Shown here one piece after another: positions 43,640 through 55,900 of a stretch of DNA of 64,000 nucleotides. The notes under the pieces were generated by a model. That model had not been told where the DNA came from. It worked only from the letters and a program-made list of their open reading frames with translations, and made no database searches. Numbering within the stretch: position 1 is the stretch's first letter; each line of letters opens with the position of its first letter. Location: contig CM035843.1 of NCBI GenBank assembly GCA_020510985.1, positions 157,251,922 through 157,315,921 of the forward strand, in the 5' to 3' direction. Origin of the DNA: Pholidichthys leucotaenia (Eukaryota). Made by a program: the position numbers and the translations under genes.

Positions 43640-44830
43640 CAGAAGAAATCAACTAAGGTGACATCACTCACCATTGGCACTTGGAATGTGCGAACGCTTA
43701 TGGACAGCTCCAAAGCAGACAGACCTGAGAGATGGACAGCACTTGGCTGCGCACTCAACACCGCTACAGAGGCCCAGATGCAGCAGAGCATGAACTGCTT
43801 CTTCACTGCTTGTGACAGCTTTGGGCTCACAATCAGTATGAAGAAAACCGAGGTCCTGCACCAACCCGCACTGCAGAAGACTTACGTGGAACCAGCCGTC
43901 ACTGTCAACGGGGAGACCCTCAAGGCTGTTGACAAGTTCACATACCTCGGTAGCACACTGTCCAGGTCTGTCAACATTGACGACGAGGTCGATTCATGCA
44001 TTGCAAAGGCAAGCTCAGCATTTGGACGTCTATGTGCAACAGTGTGGGAAAGGACAGGCATCAGGCTGACCAGAAAACTGAAGGTGTACAAGGCAGTTGT
44101 CCTGCCTTCCCAACTGTACGCCTGCAAAACCTGGACAGTCTACGAGCGCCATGCCAGAAAGCTAAACCTCTTCCACCTGAATTGCCTCAGAAAGCTCCTG
44201 AAGATCACCTGGAAGGACAAAATGCCTGACATGGAGATCCTCTCCCAAGCTGAGCTCCCTAGCATCGACACTCTGCTCAAGAGAGCCCAGATTAGGTGGG
44301 CTGGCCACCTTGTTTGTTTGCCTGACTCATGCCTACCAAAGAGACTGTTCTACGGTGAACTAGCAGACGGCAAGCGGTCACAAGGTGGTCAGAAGAAGCG
44401 CTACAAAGACACTCTTAAGGCCTCCCTGAAGCGCTTTGACGTAAGTCCTGACACCTGGGAGACCCTAGCGCTAGACCGACCAGACTGGCGTAGCCGTACC
44501 AGCAAAGGTGCTGCCTTCTTTGAGCTGAACAGGATTGCCAAAGGCCAGAGAAAACGTGAGCGTCGCAAGTCCACAGCCACCCCTGTATCTTCTGCCTGCA
44601 CAGACCACCTGCGCCCGACCTGTGGCAGAGCCTTCCGTGTCCGCATCGGACTGATCAGCCACAGCCGGACACACCGCACCCAGTCCTCTTCCCTGTGATG
44701 TCCTTGGTCATTGTCAAGAACGACGGACGAACAACTACAACAAATGTGTGTGTGTGTGTGTGTCGGTGTGTGTGTGTGTATGTATGTATGTGTGTGTATA
44801 TATATGTATGTGTATATGTATATATAATAT
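43640..44830 (+). mobile_element. Internally deleted CR1/L2-type LINE: a single uninterrupted 346-aa ORF fuses the first ~15 residues of the APE endonuclease ('LTIGTWNVRTL') directly to the RT C-terminal/thumb and CCHH zinc-knuckle tail; followed by a (TG)n tail
   Basis: ORF at 43658-44698: '…LNLFHLNCLRKLLKITWKDKMPDMEILSQAELPSIDTLLKRAQIRWAGHLV…CTDHLRPTCGRAFRVRIGLISHSRTH'. Microsatellite at 44741-44790. Confidence 0.7.
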
Positions 44831-46371
44831 GAGTTAATCTGAGTTTTTTCTTCCTCTAACTTTCTGATCCGGCGACAACTTATACATCACGGACACACAG
44901 ATCGCCCCAAATGTCTCCCGAGCCGGTGGACGGAGCCACTGTTTATAGCAGGAGACGGTACAATAGGGACCAGCTGTTAGCACTTAACCGCCACTCGGTG
45001 CTAACGAAAAAACTCGACATACCGGGAGAAATAAGACGAAAACGACGTGGGTGTCGTGCTGGTGTAAGACGGCGGGCAAGGAATATAAGGTACAGACCCC
45101 CCCCTCCCATCCGTTGTTATGAGGAATGTACGATCGATAATTGGAAAGACAGATGAGCTAGCGGCTATCTCTGCTGCCGTATGCTATTCACTGAGACGTG
45201 GCTATCAGAACTAGCAGCAGATGCTAACATTGAACTGGAGGGTTTCCATGCAATACGGGCAGACCAAACACCAGACAGTGGGGAGGCAAGGGGCGGTGGA
45301 GTGATAATGTATGTTAATAACAACTAGTGCAGACCGGGACATATCACGGTTAAACAACAACACTGCAACAAGGACATGGAGTTGCTAGCTGTTAGCATGC
45401 GGCCTACCTATCTCCCGAGGGAATACTCACACGTGATCTGCATTGTTATTTATGCAAATCCGACAACGAACGCTGGGACAGCGCGTGATGTCATCCACTC
45501 AGTAACTGGCAGGCTGCAGACAGAACACCCAGGTGCTCTTCTCCTCATCTCAGGTGACTTCAACCATGTTTCACTGTCTCCCATTCTACCCACTTTCACC
45601 CAGTATGTCACATGCCACACTAGAGACAATAAAACACTGGACTTATTGTACGCAAACACTAAGGAGGCGTACACCTCATCACCACTCCCCCCCACTCGGG
45701 AGATTGGATCACAACTTGGTTCATCTCCGGCCGGTGTACAAACCCCTAGTGCACAGACAACCTCCGGTCATGCGCACAGTGAAGTTATGGTCTGAGGAGG
45801 CAATGGACGCTTTAAAGGACTGTTTTGAAACCACTGCTTGGGAGCAGCTCTGCGAGCCACATGGTGAGGACATCGATGGCCTCACTCACACCATCACGGA
45901 CTACATCAGCTTCTGTGTGGACAACACCGTACCCACCAAGACCATACGGTGTTGCTCGAACAACAAACCCTGGATCAACCCTGAGATAAAAACACTTCTG
46001 AGAGAGAAGAAGAGGATCTTCAGGTCGGGGAACAGGGAGATGCTGAAGTTCGTACAGAGGGAGCTGAGGAGGAAGATCAGAGAAAGCAAGGACAGCTTCA
46101 GGAAGAAGATGGAGGACAAGCTGCAACAGAGCGACATTGGTGGGGTCTGGAGAAACCTTAAAACCATCTCTGGGCTCCAGAATACCTCCCCCCAGGCCAC
46201 GGGGAGGCAGGGAGTGGGCGAACAATCTGAACCTGTTTTTTAATAGGTTTGACCAACCGCCCTCCCCCCCGACTGCACAACAACCACTGCTGCCTCTGAA
46301 GACATCGAGTCCTGCTGCCCACACCCCACTCCACCATCACCCCCCCCACTCCCAACACACAGCCCCCCAAC

Positions 46372-47793
46372 ATGACCCTCACTAAGACCCAGGTGAGGAC
46401 GGAGCTGAGGAAGATCAAGGCGAGGAAGGCGTCGGGACCGGACGGCATCAGCGCAAAGCTCCTCAAGTCCTGTGCAGACCAGCTGTGTGGGATTGTGGAG
46501 CTCATCTTCAACCTGAGCCTGAAGCTGGGGAGGGTACCACAGTTGTGGAAAACATCTTGTGTGGTACCTGTACCAAAGACTTCCCACCCCAAAGATCTGA
46601 ACAGCTACAGACCAGTGGCCCTGACGTCCCACATGATGAAGACCCTGGAGAGACTGCTCCTTGCTCACCTCCGCCCCCTGGTGGGACCAGTGATGGATCC
46701 ACTGCAGTTCGCCTACCAGCATGGCATTGGGGTGGAAGATGTGGTGATCTTCCTCCTTCAGCATTCTTTGTCCCACCTGGAGAAGCCCGGGAATGCGGTG
46801 AGGATCATGTTCTTTGACTTCTCCAGTGCTTTCAACGCCATCCAACCTATGATCCTGAAGGACAAGCTGCTGTGCGCAGGGGTGGACCAGCACCTGTCAT
46901 CATGGATCCTGGACTACCTCACTAACCGGCCACAGTTTGTGAGAACCCGGGACTGTGTGTCCGACACGATCATCGGTAGCACGGGGGCCCCCCAGGGAAC
47001 GGTTTTGGCTCCCTTCCTGTTCACTCTTTATACTGCAGACTTCTCACACAACACAACACACTGCCATCTACAGAAGTTCTCTGACGACTCGATCGTCGGC
47101 CTCATCTCCAACGGAGATGAAGCTGAGTACAGAGGACTTATCCAGGACTTCGTGGACTGGTGCCATCAGAACTGCCTCCAGATCAACGCGAGGAAAACTA
47201 AGGAGCTGGTGGTGGACTGCCGCAGGCAAGGTCAACCCCTCACAGCACCAGTAAATATACAGGGAACAGACATTGAGATGGTGGCATCCCACAAGTACCT
47301 GGGTGTTCATCTGAACAATAAACTAGACTGGTCACACAATACTGACGCACTCTACAAGAAAGGACAGCGCAGGCTGTTCCTACTGAGGAGACTCAGGTCT
47401 TTTGGTGTACAAGGGGCGCTGCTGAAGACATTCTATGACACGGTGGTGGCACCAGCCATCACTTTTGGAGTGGTCTGCTGGAGTAGTGGCGTTACAGCAG
47501 CCGATAGGAAGAGACTGAACAAACTGATCAAGAAAGCTAGCTCTGTCCTGGGGCAACGCCTTGACCCAGTGGAGGAGATGGGAGAGAGAAGGACGGTGGC
47601 TAAACTGTCATCTCTGCTGGAGTCCGAGTTCCACCCTATGCAGGACATACTGAACGCACTGAGGAGCTCATTTAGCAGCAGACTACATCATCCCAGGTGC
47701 ACAACCGAGAGGTTCCACAGGTCCTTCCTACCTACGGCTGTCAGACTGTATAACCTAAGCAGGGCTGCTCACAGAGATAGCAAAAAAACGTGA
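46372..47793 (+). CDS. LINE ORF2 reverse-transcriptase region (473 aa, uninterrupted)
   Basis: '…LWKTSCVVPVPKTSHPKDLNSYRPVALTSHMMKTLERLLL…FFDFSSAFNAIQP…FSDDSIVGL…NARKTKELVVDCRR…'. Confidence 0.8.
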   Translation: MTLTKTQVRTELRKIKARKASGPDGISAKLLKSCADQLCGIVELIFNLSLKLGRVPQLWKTSCVVPVPKTSHPKDLNSYRPVALTSHMMKTLERLLLAHLRPLVGPVMDPLQFAYQHGIGVEDVVIFLLQHSLSHLEKPGNAVRIMFFDFSSAFNAIQPMILKDKLLCAGVDQHLSSWILDYLTNRPQFVRTRDCVSDTIIGSTGAPQGTVLAPFLFTLYTADFSHNTTHCHLQKFSDDSIVGLISNGDEAEYRGLIQDFVDWCHQNCLQINARKTKELVVDCRRQGQPLTAPVNIQGTDIEMVASHKYLGVHLNNKLDWSHNTDALYKKGQRRLFLLRRLRSFGVQGALLKTFYDTVVAPAITFGVVCWSSGVTAADRKRLNKLIKKASSVLGQRLDPVEEMGERRTVAKLSSLLESEFHPMQDILNALRSSFSSRLHHPRCTTERFHRSFLPTAVRLYNLSRAAHRDSKKT

Positions 47794-48011
47794 CAACCTA
47801 ATAGTAGTGAATGCAAAAGACGCAATAGATTTACACAATGGTCCCCTCTGGTATACAACTAGGAAAATACCGGTCGCTACGGAGGGTGACAATATGTATG
47901 GGTACATAATCATACCATGTAGGATAACTAAGTAGACGGTTATGCTGTTCGTTCCATCTAGCTACAATGCTCCGCACTGTGTGTTTATATATTTATATAT
48001 TTATTTGTACA

Positions 48012-49699
48012 TACAGTGGGGTAAAAAAGTATTTAGTGAGCCACCAATTGTGCAAGTTCTCCCACTTAAAAGATGAGAGAGGTCTCCAATTTTCATCATA
48101 GGTATACCTCAACTATGAGACAAAATGAGAAAAAAAAAATCCAGAAAATCACACTGAAGGATTTTTAATGAATTAATTGGTAAATTCCTAAAATAAGTAT
48201 TTGGTCAATAACAAAAGTTCATCTCAGTACTTTGTTATATACCCTTTGTTGGCAATGCCAGAGGTCAAACGTTTTCTGTAAGTCTTCACAAGGTTTTCAC
48301 ACACTGTTGGTGGTATTTTGGCCCATTCCTCCATGCAGATCTCCTCTAGAGCAGTGATGTTTTGGGGCTGTCACTGGGCAACACAGACTTTCAACTCCCT
48401 CCAAAGATTTTCTATGAGGTTGAGATCTGGAGACTGGCTAGGCCACTCCAGGACCTTGAAATGCTTCTTACGAAGCCACTCCTTCGTTGCCCGGGCAGTG
48501 TGTTTGGGATCATTGTCATGCTGAAAGACCCAGCCACATTTCATCTTCAATGCCCTTGCTGATGGAAGGAGGTTTTCACTCAAAATCTCACGATACATGG
48601 CCCCATTCATTCTTTCCTTTACACGGATCAGTCGTCCTGGTCCCTTTGCAGAAAAACAGCCCCAAAGCACAATGTTTCCACCCCCATGCTTCACAGTAGG
48701 TATGGTGTTCTTTCTCCTCCAAACACGACAAGTTGAGTTTTTACAATAAAGTTCTATTTTGGTTTCATCTGACCATATGACATTCTCTCAGTCCTCTTCT
48801 GGATCATCCAAATGCTCTCTAGCAAACTTCAGACGGGCCTGGACATGTACTGGCTTAAGCAGGGGGACACGTCTGGCACTGCAGGATTTGAGTCCTTGGT
48901 GGAGTAGAGTGTGGAGTAGTGTGTTACTGATGGTAGCCTTTGTTACTTTGGTCCCAGCTCTCAGCAGGTCATTCACTAGGTCCCCCCGTGTGGTTCTGGG
49001 ATTTTTGCTCACCGTTCTCGTGATCATTTTGACCCCACGGGGTGAGATCTTGCATGGAGCCCCAGATCAAGGGAGATAATCAGTGGTCTTGTATGTCTTC
49101 CATTTTCTAATAATTGCTCCCACAGTTGATTTCTTCGCACCAAGCTGCTTACCTATTGCAGATTCAGTCTTCCCAGCCTGGTGCAGGTCTACAATTTTGT
49201 TTCTGGTGTCCTTTGACAGCTCTTTGGTCTTGACCATAGTGGAGTTTGGAGTCTGACTGTTTGAGGTTGTGGACAGGTGTCTTTTATACTGATAAAGAGT
49301 TCAAACAGGTGCCATTAATACAGGTAACGAGTGGAGGACACAGACCTGTAACTTCTTCTTAAAGAAGAAGTTACAGGTAACTTCTGTAACTGTAACTTCT
49401 TCTTTAAGAAGAAGTTGTCATGCTGTCATGTTGTCATGCTTCTTCTTTAAGAAGAAGTTACAGGTCTGTGAGAGCCAGAAATCTTGCTTGTTTTTAGGTG
49501 ACCAAATACTTATTTTACCGAGGAATTTACCAATTAATTCATTAAAAATCCTTCAATGTGATTTTCTGGATTTTTTTTTTCTCATTTTGTCTCTCATAGT
49601 TGAGGTATACCTATGATGAAAATTGGAGACCTCTCTCGTCTTTTAAGTGGGAGAACTTGCACAATTGGTGGCTGACTAAATACTTTTTTCCCCACTGTA
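48012..49699 (-). mobile_element. Tc1/mariner element (family 2), minus orientation, inserted at a TA in the LINE 3' UTR; internal palindromic rearrangement of the TIR-proximal region at 49330-49480
   Basis: '…tttgtacaTA|cagtggggtaaaaaagt … ccccactg|TAtgtatactcg'. Removing the element restores 'tgtacatatgtatac', matching the uninterrupted LINE copy near 34630. Transposase pieces at 48371-48694 and 48788-49027 (-). Confidence 0.85.
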
Positions 49700-49807
49700 T
49701 GTATACTCGCTGCTCTTGTTTTTTTCCTTCTGATTGTTGCTGTCCCTGTGCTGTTGCAATCCTGGAATTTCCCCATTGTGGGACTAATAAAGGCTTATCT
49801 TATCTTA

Positions 49808-49810
<3 letters not shown>

Positions 49811-49872
<62 letters not shown>
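49811..49872. repeat. (TG)n microsatellite (about 31 units) following the (TTATC)n LINE tail
   Basis: Direct observation. Confidence 0.95.
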
Positions 49873-49875
<3 letters not shown>

Positions 49876-50689
49876 ACCCCTGTGACCCTGCCCTTGGAAA
49901 AAAGTTAAGACTCAGGATTTTTTTTTTTTTTTTTTGCTTTAACCCCTGGAGATAACCAAAGGTAGCATTAACAGTGGTAATTTTGCATATACAAAGAAAG
50001 AGAAATATTTACATATTTACAGGTTTTGCATGTGTGAAATAGAATAGAATCGGCTTTATTGTCATTGTACAGTACAACAGCTGTACATTGACAATAAGGC
50101 GATTCTATTCTCTTCTGTTTCACACAAATGAGGCTGAGATGTGATCATGTAGCTGAATGGCGAATTAGTGAGATGATAATGGTGACAAAAATTGAGTATA
50201 ATGCAAAACTAATGAAAAAGGAATTTTGATAAAGTGTTATAAAAAAAGAAAAAAAGATTAATTTTACATTATGCTCAAAAGAGAACGGTAGTTACAGCAA
50301 AGCTTATGGCTGAGGTGGATAGGAGTCTGTCCCTGAAACTGATGCTGTTGGCTGACTTACTTCCTTGGAGTGGCTTTGTTCACAAAAGATTCAGACCGAA
50401 ATGGAATAGAGCTGTCAAGCCTTATTTGGTCACAGGCCCTGGAGGATTGGGCTCCTGGTAGCCCGGCTTGGTCCAACCTGGGTTGGAGATAGGGCCTTGG
50501 CAGCACGAGTTGTCTCTGTGGTTCTGCACCCAGAGGTCTTGACCTGGGAATCTTCTCAGAAGGGAGAACCTGGCTTAGGGCCTGCAGCTTGGGTCTGCTT
50601 AGGTCTTCTTGGAACAATGGATTACCCACTCGGACAGCATTTGACGTTGCTCAGCCCAGAAGAAAGCTTTAATTCAATTCAATTCAATT

Positions 50690-52545
50690 CAACTTTATTT
50701 ATATAGCGCCATTTCACAACAACAGTCATCTCATAGCACTATCAACTGTAGGGGGGAACCCCCACAGTTGCAGAAAGACCCCAGCAATCAGGCGATCCCC
50801 TGTGAGCAAGCACTTGGCGACGGTGGAGAGGAAAAACTCCCTTTTAACAGGAAGAAACCTCCAGCAGAACCAGGCTCAGGGAGGGGCAGTCATCTGCTGC
50901 GACTGGCTGGGGGGTGAGGGGATAGAGAAGATGAAAAGAACAGACATGTAGAGAGCAAACAGCACGATGGGGACTCAATCTATGGGAGAGAACAAACAGA
51001 TGTTAATGACCAGCAAAAAAAAATATATATATATTTCATAGAGAGTGAGGAAAGGAGTGAGGCCCAGTGCATTACTGGAGGTCCGCCGGCTGACTAAACC
51101 TATTAGCAGCATAACTAAGGGAGGGTTCAGAAACACATGATCCCTCCCTAATTGTAGGCTATATCAAAAAGGTAGGTTTTAGCCCTATTCTTAAAAACAG
51201 AGATCGAGTCTGACTCCCGAATCCAGATTGGCAGCTGATTCCACAGGAGAGGAGCTTGATAACTGAAGGCTCTGCCTCCCATTGTACTTTTGGAGATTCT
51301 AGGTATTACAAGTAATCCTGCATTTTGGGAGCGTAGTGCTGTGTTAGGATAATACGGTAGTATCAGATCTTTTAAATAAAAAGGAGCCTGATTGTTTAGA
51401 GCTTTGTAAGTAAGAAGAAGGATTTTAAACTTAATTCTAAACTCAATGGGAAGCCAATGAAGGGAGACCAGAACCGGAGAGATATGATCTCTCTTTCTAG
51501 TACCTGTTAAAACTCTTGCTGCAGCATTTTGGATCAGCTGAAGACTTTTTAAAGATGTTTTAGGACAGCCTGATAATAAAGAATTACAATAATCTAATCT
51601 CGAGCTAACAAAAGCGTGGATCAGCTTCTCAGCATCACTCTGAGACAAGATGCTCCTAATCTTGGCAATATTACGCAAATGATAGAAGGCAGTCTTAGAA
51701 ACAAATTTAATATGTGAATTGAAGGACAAATCCTGATCAAAAATAAGATAAGATAAGATAAGATAAGCCTTTATTAGTCCCACAATGGGGAAATTCCAGG
51801 ATTTCCCCCCAAAAAAACTCCAAGGTTCCTCACAGAGCTATTAAGAGAAAGAGTAACTGCATCCAAACTGAAAGTTTGATTTGGAAAGGAATTTCTAAGG
51901 TTTTTTGGACCAACAAGAATGACTTCAGTCTTATCTGAATTTAATAGCAGGAAATTACAAGTCATCCAAGCTTTGATTTCCTTAAGACAGGCTTCTAACT
52001 TGGCTAATTGATTACTATCATCTGGCTTCATTGACAGGTATAATTGTGTGTCATCTGCATAACAATGAAAATGTATACAGTGCTTTCTAATAATGTTGCC
52101 TAACAGAAGCATATATAAACTAAAAAGAGTAGGGCCTAGCACAGATCCCTGTGGAACTCCATGACTAAGCTTTGAGTTGAAAGAAAACTCATTATTTACA
52201 TGAACAAACTGGAACCTATCAGATAAATAAGATCTAAACCATTGCAACGAAGTTCCATTAAGTCCAACATAGTGTTCTAATCTATCAAGTAGAATATTAT
52301 GATCGATAGTATCAAAAGCTGCACTAAGGTCTAAAAGGACAAGGACAGAAACTAGTCCATTATCAGATGCAATGAGGAGGTCGTTAGTGACCTTCGCTAA
52401 GGCTGTTTCAGTACTATGATGGATTCTAAACCCAGATTGAAACTCTTCAAGTAAACCATTTCCCTGCAGGTGGTCAAATAATTGCGTAGCAACAACTCTT
52501 TAAGATGGATTTGCTAGGGATGCTCTAAAGTGTGTAGGTATGCTT
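50690..52545 (-). mobile_element. LINE (same family as 1-1050), minus orientation: RT ('[11 protein letters not shown]', 'YADDTQLY'), ORF2 C-terminus, 3' UTR with (TTGAA)n tail; about 65-bp foreign fragment (LINE (TTATC)n tail piece) inserted at 51752-51815
   Basis: Minus-strand ORFs at 51774-52247 and 51148-51783. 50700-51140 is the reverse complement of 600-1020. Confidence 0.8.
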
Positions 52546-52908
52546 GAGCTTACAGATAAAATAAGGTTAAAGAGAAAAATGAAAAATTGAGGATTAACTC
52601 CAACTAGTCACTACTTTGGAAAGAAGGTAGCAAAACTTTAAGGAAAAATTCAAAAGGTGTAAAAGTTTAAATGAAGAGAGCATTCCAAGAACAAGAAGAA
52701 AGCTTCATCTTTATCGTAAGTAAAAACAAGAGAGCTGTGTGAAAGGCCTGTAGGCCTCAGAAGACAGAGAGAGACGCAGGTCTGTCCTGGAGAAGTGTCA
52801 AGGGCAAAAAAATGTAGAACTCTGGTCTTATTGTGTGATAAAAGGGGAACAGATTCATGCACATGCCAGTCCTTGCTGTGACCACCCAATCAGGGATTAT
52901 ATGCCTAA

Positions 52909-55900
52909 AGGCGCTTTTCCACTAGCCCAGCCCAGCCCCGATTGAAAACCCGACTCTACTCACTTCGGTTCGGTTCAGCCTCAGTTGCTTTTCAACTACT
53001 GCTGGCGCACCTGCTGTGGGTGGGATTTGTTGAACAGCAGGTGGCGCCACACCCTCGTGACGTGAAACACGCGACCGAATCCTCCACAACAAACAAAATG
53101 GCTGATGACGAGGAGAGAAGGAAGGAGGAAGGAGAGAGGAATGACTGTGACATGAAACTGGTGAAATCTATGGTTCTGACTTGTTGTGCTCTGCACAATC
53201 TGTGTGAGAGTCATGGAGAGACGTTTGACACTACATTGGATGATGCAGTAGATGAACCAGTGGTGGCAGCGGCACAGAGAGCAGAGGAGCAGGGTGGTGA
53301 TATTGTAGCGAACTCAATATAAGCACCCTACTTAGCTTGCCAAGTGGGTTGACCCTATTGGCGACACAGGTAGAGTGCGGGACTCCGGAGCAGGAGACGT
53401 GAGTTCGAACCTGCCGGTGGGACGTCGCCATGTCGAGCTGCACATTACAATATAATACGAGATGCTGTGATGCAATACTTGTCTATTTCGTCCACATTTA
53501 TGTGCATACATATTTCAAAAATGTTTTTTGTAAATAAAATGTTGTGCATGGTCCATCTACCTGTCCTCTTGTTCATAACGCTTATCTGTTAAGAAGGTGC
53601 GAAGCCATCAGCCTAATGATGAGTCCACACTTCTCACTGTTGTGATAATTACTCACGCTGAGCGCTCTGACAGCCCCGCTGTGGGGGTCACACACGACAT
53701 GTTCCTCCCCACACTCTCAATAATTTTTCCCGTATATTTTTCTCTTTGGCGTACAGAAATGGCAATACGCCCGTATTTGCTAAAATTGCATTTTCCCCGT
53801 ATTAAAATACGGCGAAACCGTATCACTTGACAGGTATGTAATTACATGCAAAAACACCGCACAGGCCATCTTCACAAAAATCCAGCTCGACAAGCCACTT
53901 TTGCTTTGGTGGAAATGCAAATTGAACTATAAATCATGTGCTGATACATGTCATATTTTCCCATGTAAAGGTCTCCCACTTTTACTTACAAATTGATTTT
54001 TAATTTTGGGGAAAAGGGAATATAAATTTTGCACTTGTTGGTAACAACAGTTGTGTGCAACAAAAACACAGTTGTGTATCCTTGTCCAATTTGTCTACTG
54101 TTATTAGTGCCATATTTTTGCTAGATTCCTTCTTAATTTATTAAATTTTGACTGGTGATGCAACATTCAACTTACACGTACTTACCTTTAGCAGTGTCTA
54201 CAAGTTCAAGCACACCTGTACAACTGCTTATAACCTAAAAAATTTACCCGTTCAAGAGAAATGGATTCCGCATTGCAAATTTGTTTAAAATGAAAAAAAA
54301 AAAACTACCAAGACATTACGTTTCGTTGTGTTGTTAAAAATTAAATTACCATTAGAAGGCTATACACCTGACCTGATGAACAGCAGCATGTGGAGTGAAC
54401 AGAGAATGGAATGTGTATGTAATTATTGGCTTTTCTCATACGGTGTCATAACACATAAACCAGACTTTTGATGCAAACAATACAATTTTATTCCAGAAGC
54501 AAAATTTACAAACAAAAAAACAGACTGGGCGATGACATTCTCTGCGAGCTCTTCCCTTCATAACGCAGCGTCCTGCTCCAGGGCTTCATGCGCATCTGCC
54601 CGCACATCTGCGGCCACCTGTCGCAAATGCTGCATGTACTCCTGATTCTTGCCGCTGGTCATGTTGCCGTTCCAAGAGCCGCATCTCTTCGTCATGCATG
54701 TTGACCATCGCTAATGTAAGGTCAGCGATGGGAGTTGTCTGTTTTCGTCTTGCCTAGATGGAAAGACAGAAAGGCATGGTCGTTAAAGCTGGATCACTAC
54801 ATATATTATGGAATTACACAGGTGAAAGTCTGTGGTGGAATGTCACTATTATATTATGCTTCATTGCTGTATATAAGCTGAACTGTCATGTTGCTGCCCC
54901 TCAGTAGAGCAGATTTTGCAACACGCAGGGTGCTGTCTTCGGCTGCAGCCCCCCTGCAAAACTAAAAAGGATTAAGATTAAGAATATGGATGGATGGATG
55001 GGTAATGTTTAAACTAGTTGCTTGTAGTGTGGCCGCAGAAATCTGAATGGGTTAATACAGTCAGCTGACGCGAAGCATTTCAATGAAGCATGTGGATTTC
55101 AACGGCAGTTCATGCGCTTTATTTGTTTTTCTAAAACAGGAATTACAACAGCACCAATCACCACACCTAAAAATGGTTGTGGAACACCGATAAGTGAAGA
55201 CCAAAGAATAACCTTTTTGTACATTTAAAAAGACATTTTCAATTAATTAATATGCAGCTACAGGAAATTGCATTAATCAATTTGGGACATAAATTGTTAG
55301 GCTCCAGCCCCCCCGCAACCTGTAAAGGATTAAGCGGTAGAAGATGGATGGATGGATGGATTTTTGACCCTGGTTTCCGCTGGACCTGTTTCAACCAAAA
55401 AAAAAAATTGTGGTTATTGTGCCTTACCGGCACTTGAACGTGATCCAGATGGAGCTGGTGATGTGGCTGACATGGGAGTCAATCCAGCTGGCGCTCCGCC
55501 AGACGCAGCGCCAGGAGAGTCCGGTGTGTCCATGTCCACTGAGGTGGACCCCTGTGATATGAACTGCGATTCTAGAAAGAAAATGCACGCAATTTAAAAC
55601 TTAACACCAAAGTGTAACATGTACACAACACTCTCAAGTTTTTAACCGGAATACAATAAGCGTAATTCAGCGTTTTGTTCGCGCTAATACTTAACACAAA
55701 GCAAGCGTGAATCTGCAGTTGGCTGCAAAACAATAGGAAAGCCTCAGTAACAACCATTACCCACAATCTAACAACCTTCCTATTTCTTAAAAACAGTGAG
55801 CTTGGCACAGAAAGGATAAAGTGGCGAAAAGATGCGCAATATCAAAATAACACTCACCATCCACGGTTTCCAAGGCCGTGACCGTGACAGTGGCCGTGTC

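Larger units (their letters stand above)
44860..49810 (+). mobile_element. Near full-length LINE (Rex/L2-like; 5' region, APE endonuclease, RT 'FDFSSAFNAIQP', ORF2 tail, (TTATC)n-tailed 3' UTR) with a Tc1 family-2 element nested in its 3' UTR at 48012-49699
   Basis: ORFs at 44911-45156, 45376-46243 (EN 'LLISGDFNHV' and linker), 46372-47793 (473-aa RT-containing ORF). The 3' UTR resumes at 49700 ('tgtatactcgctgctcttg…ggactaataaaggcttatcttatc'). Confidence 0.8.

Noticed and set aside
53330-53440. tRNA-like stretch 'ggtagagtgcgggactccggagcaggagacgtgagttcgaacctgccgg'
   Set aside because: A B-box-like GTTCGAAC is present, but no convincing acceptor stem or cloverleaf could be built by eye. It is probably an SINE head remnant inside the Harbinger element. 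It is not called as a tRNA gene.
55352-55597. 81-aa ORF 'DPDGAGDVADMGVNPAGAPPDAAP…' inside the Harbinger element
   Set aside because: GC-rich low-complexity region with no motif. It is likely an antisense or chance ORF.
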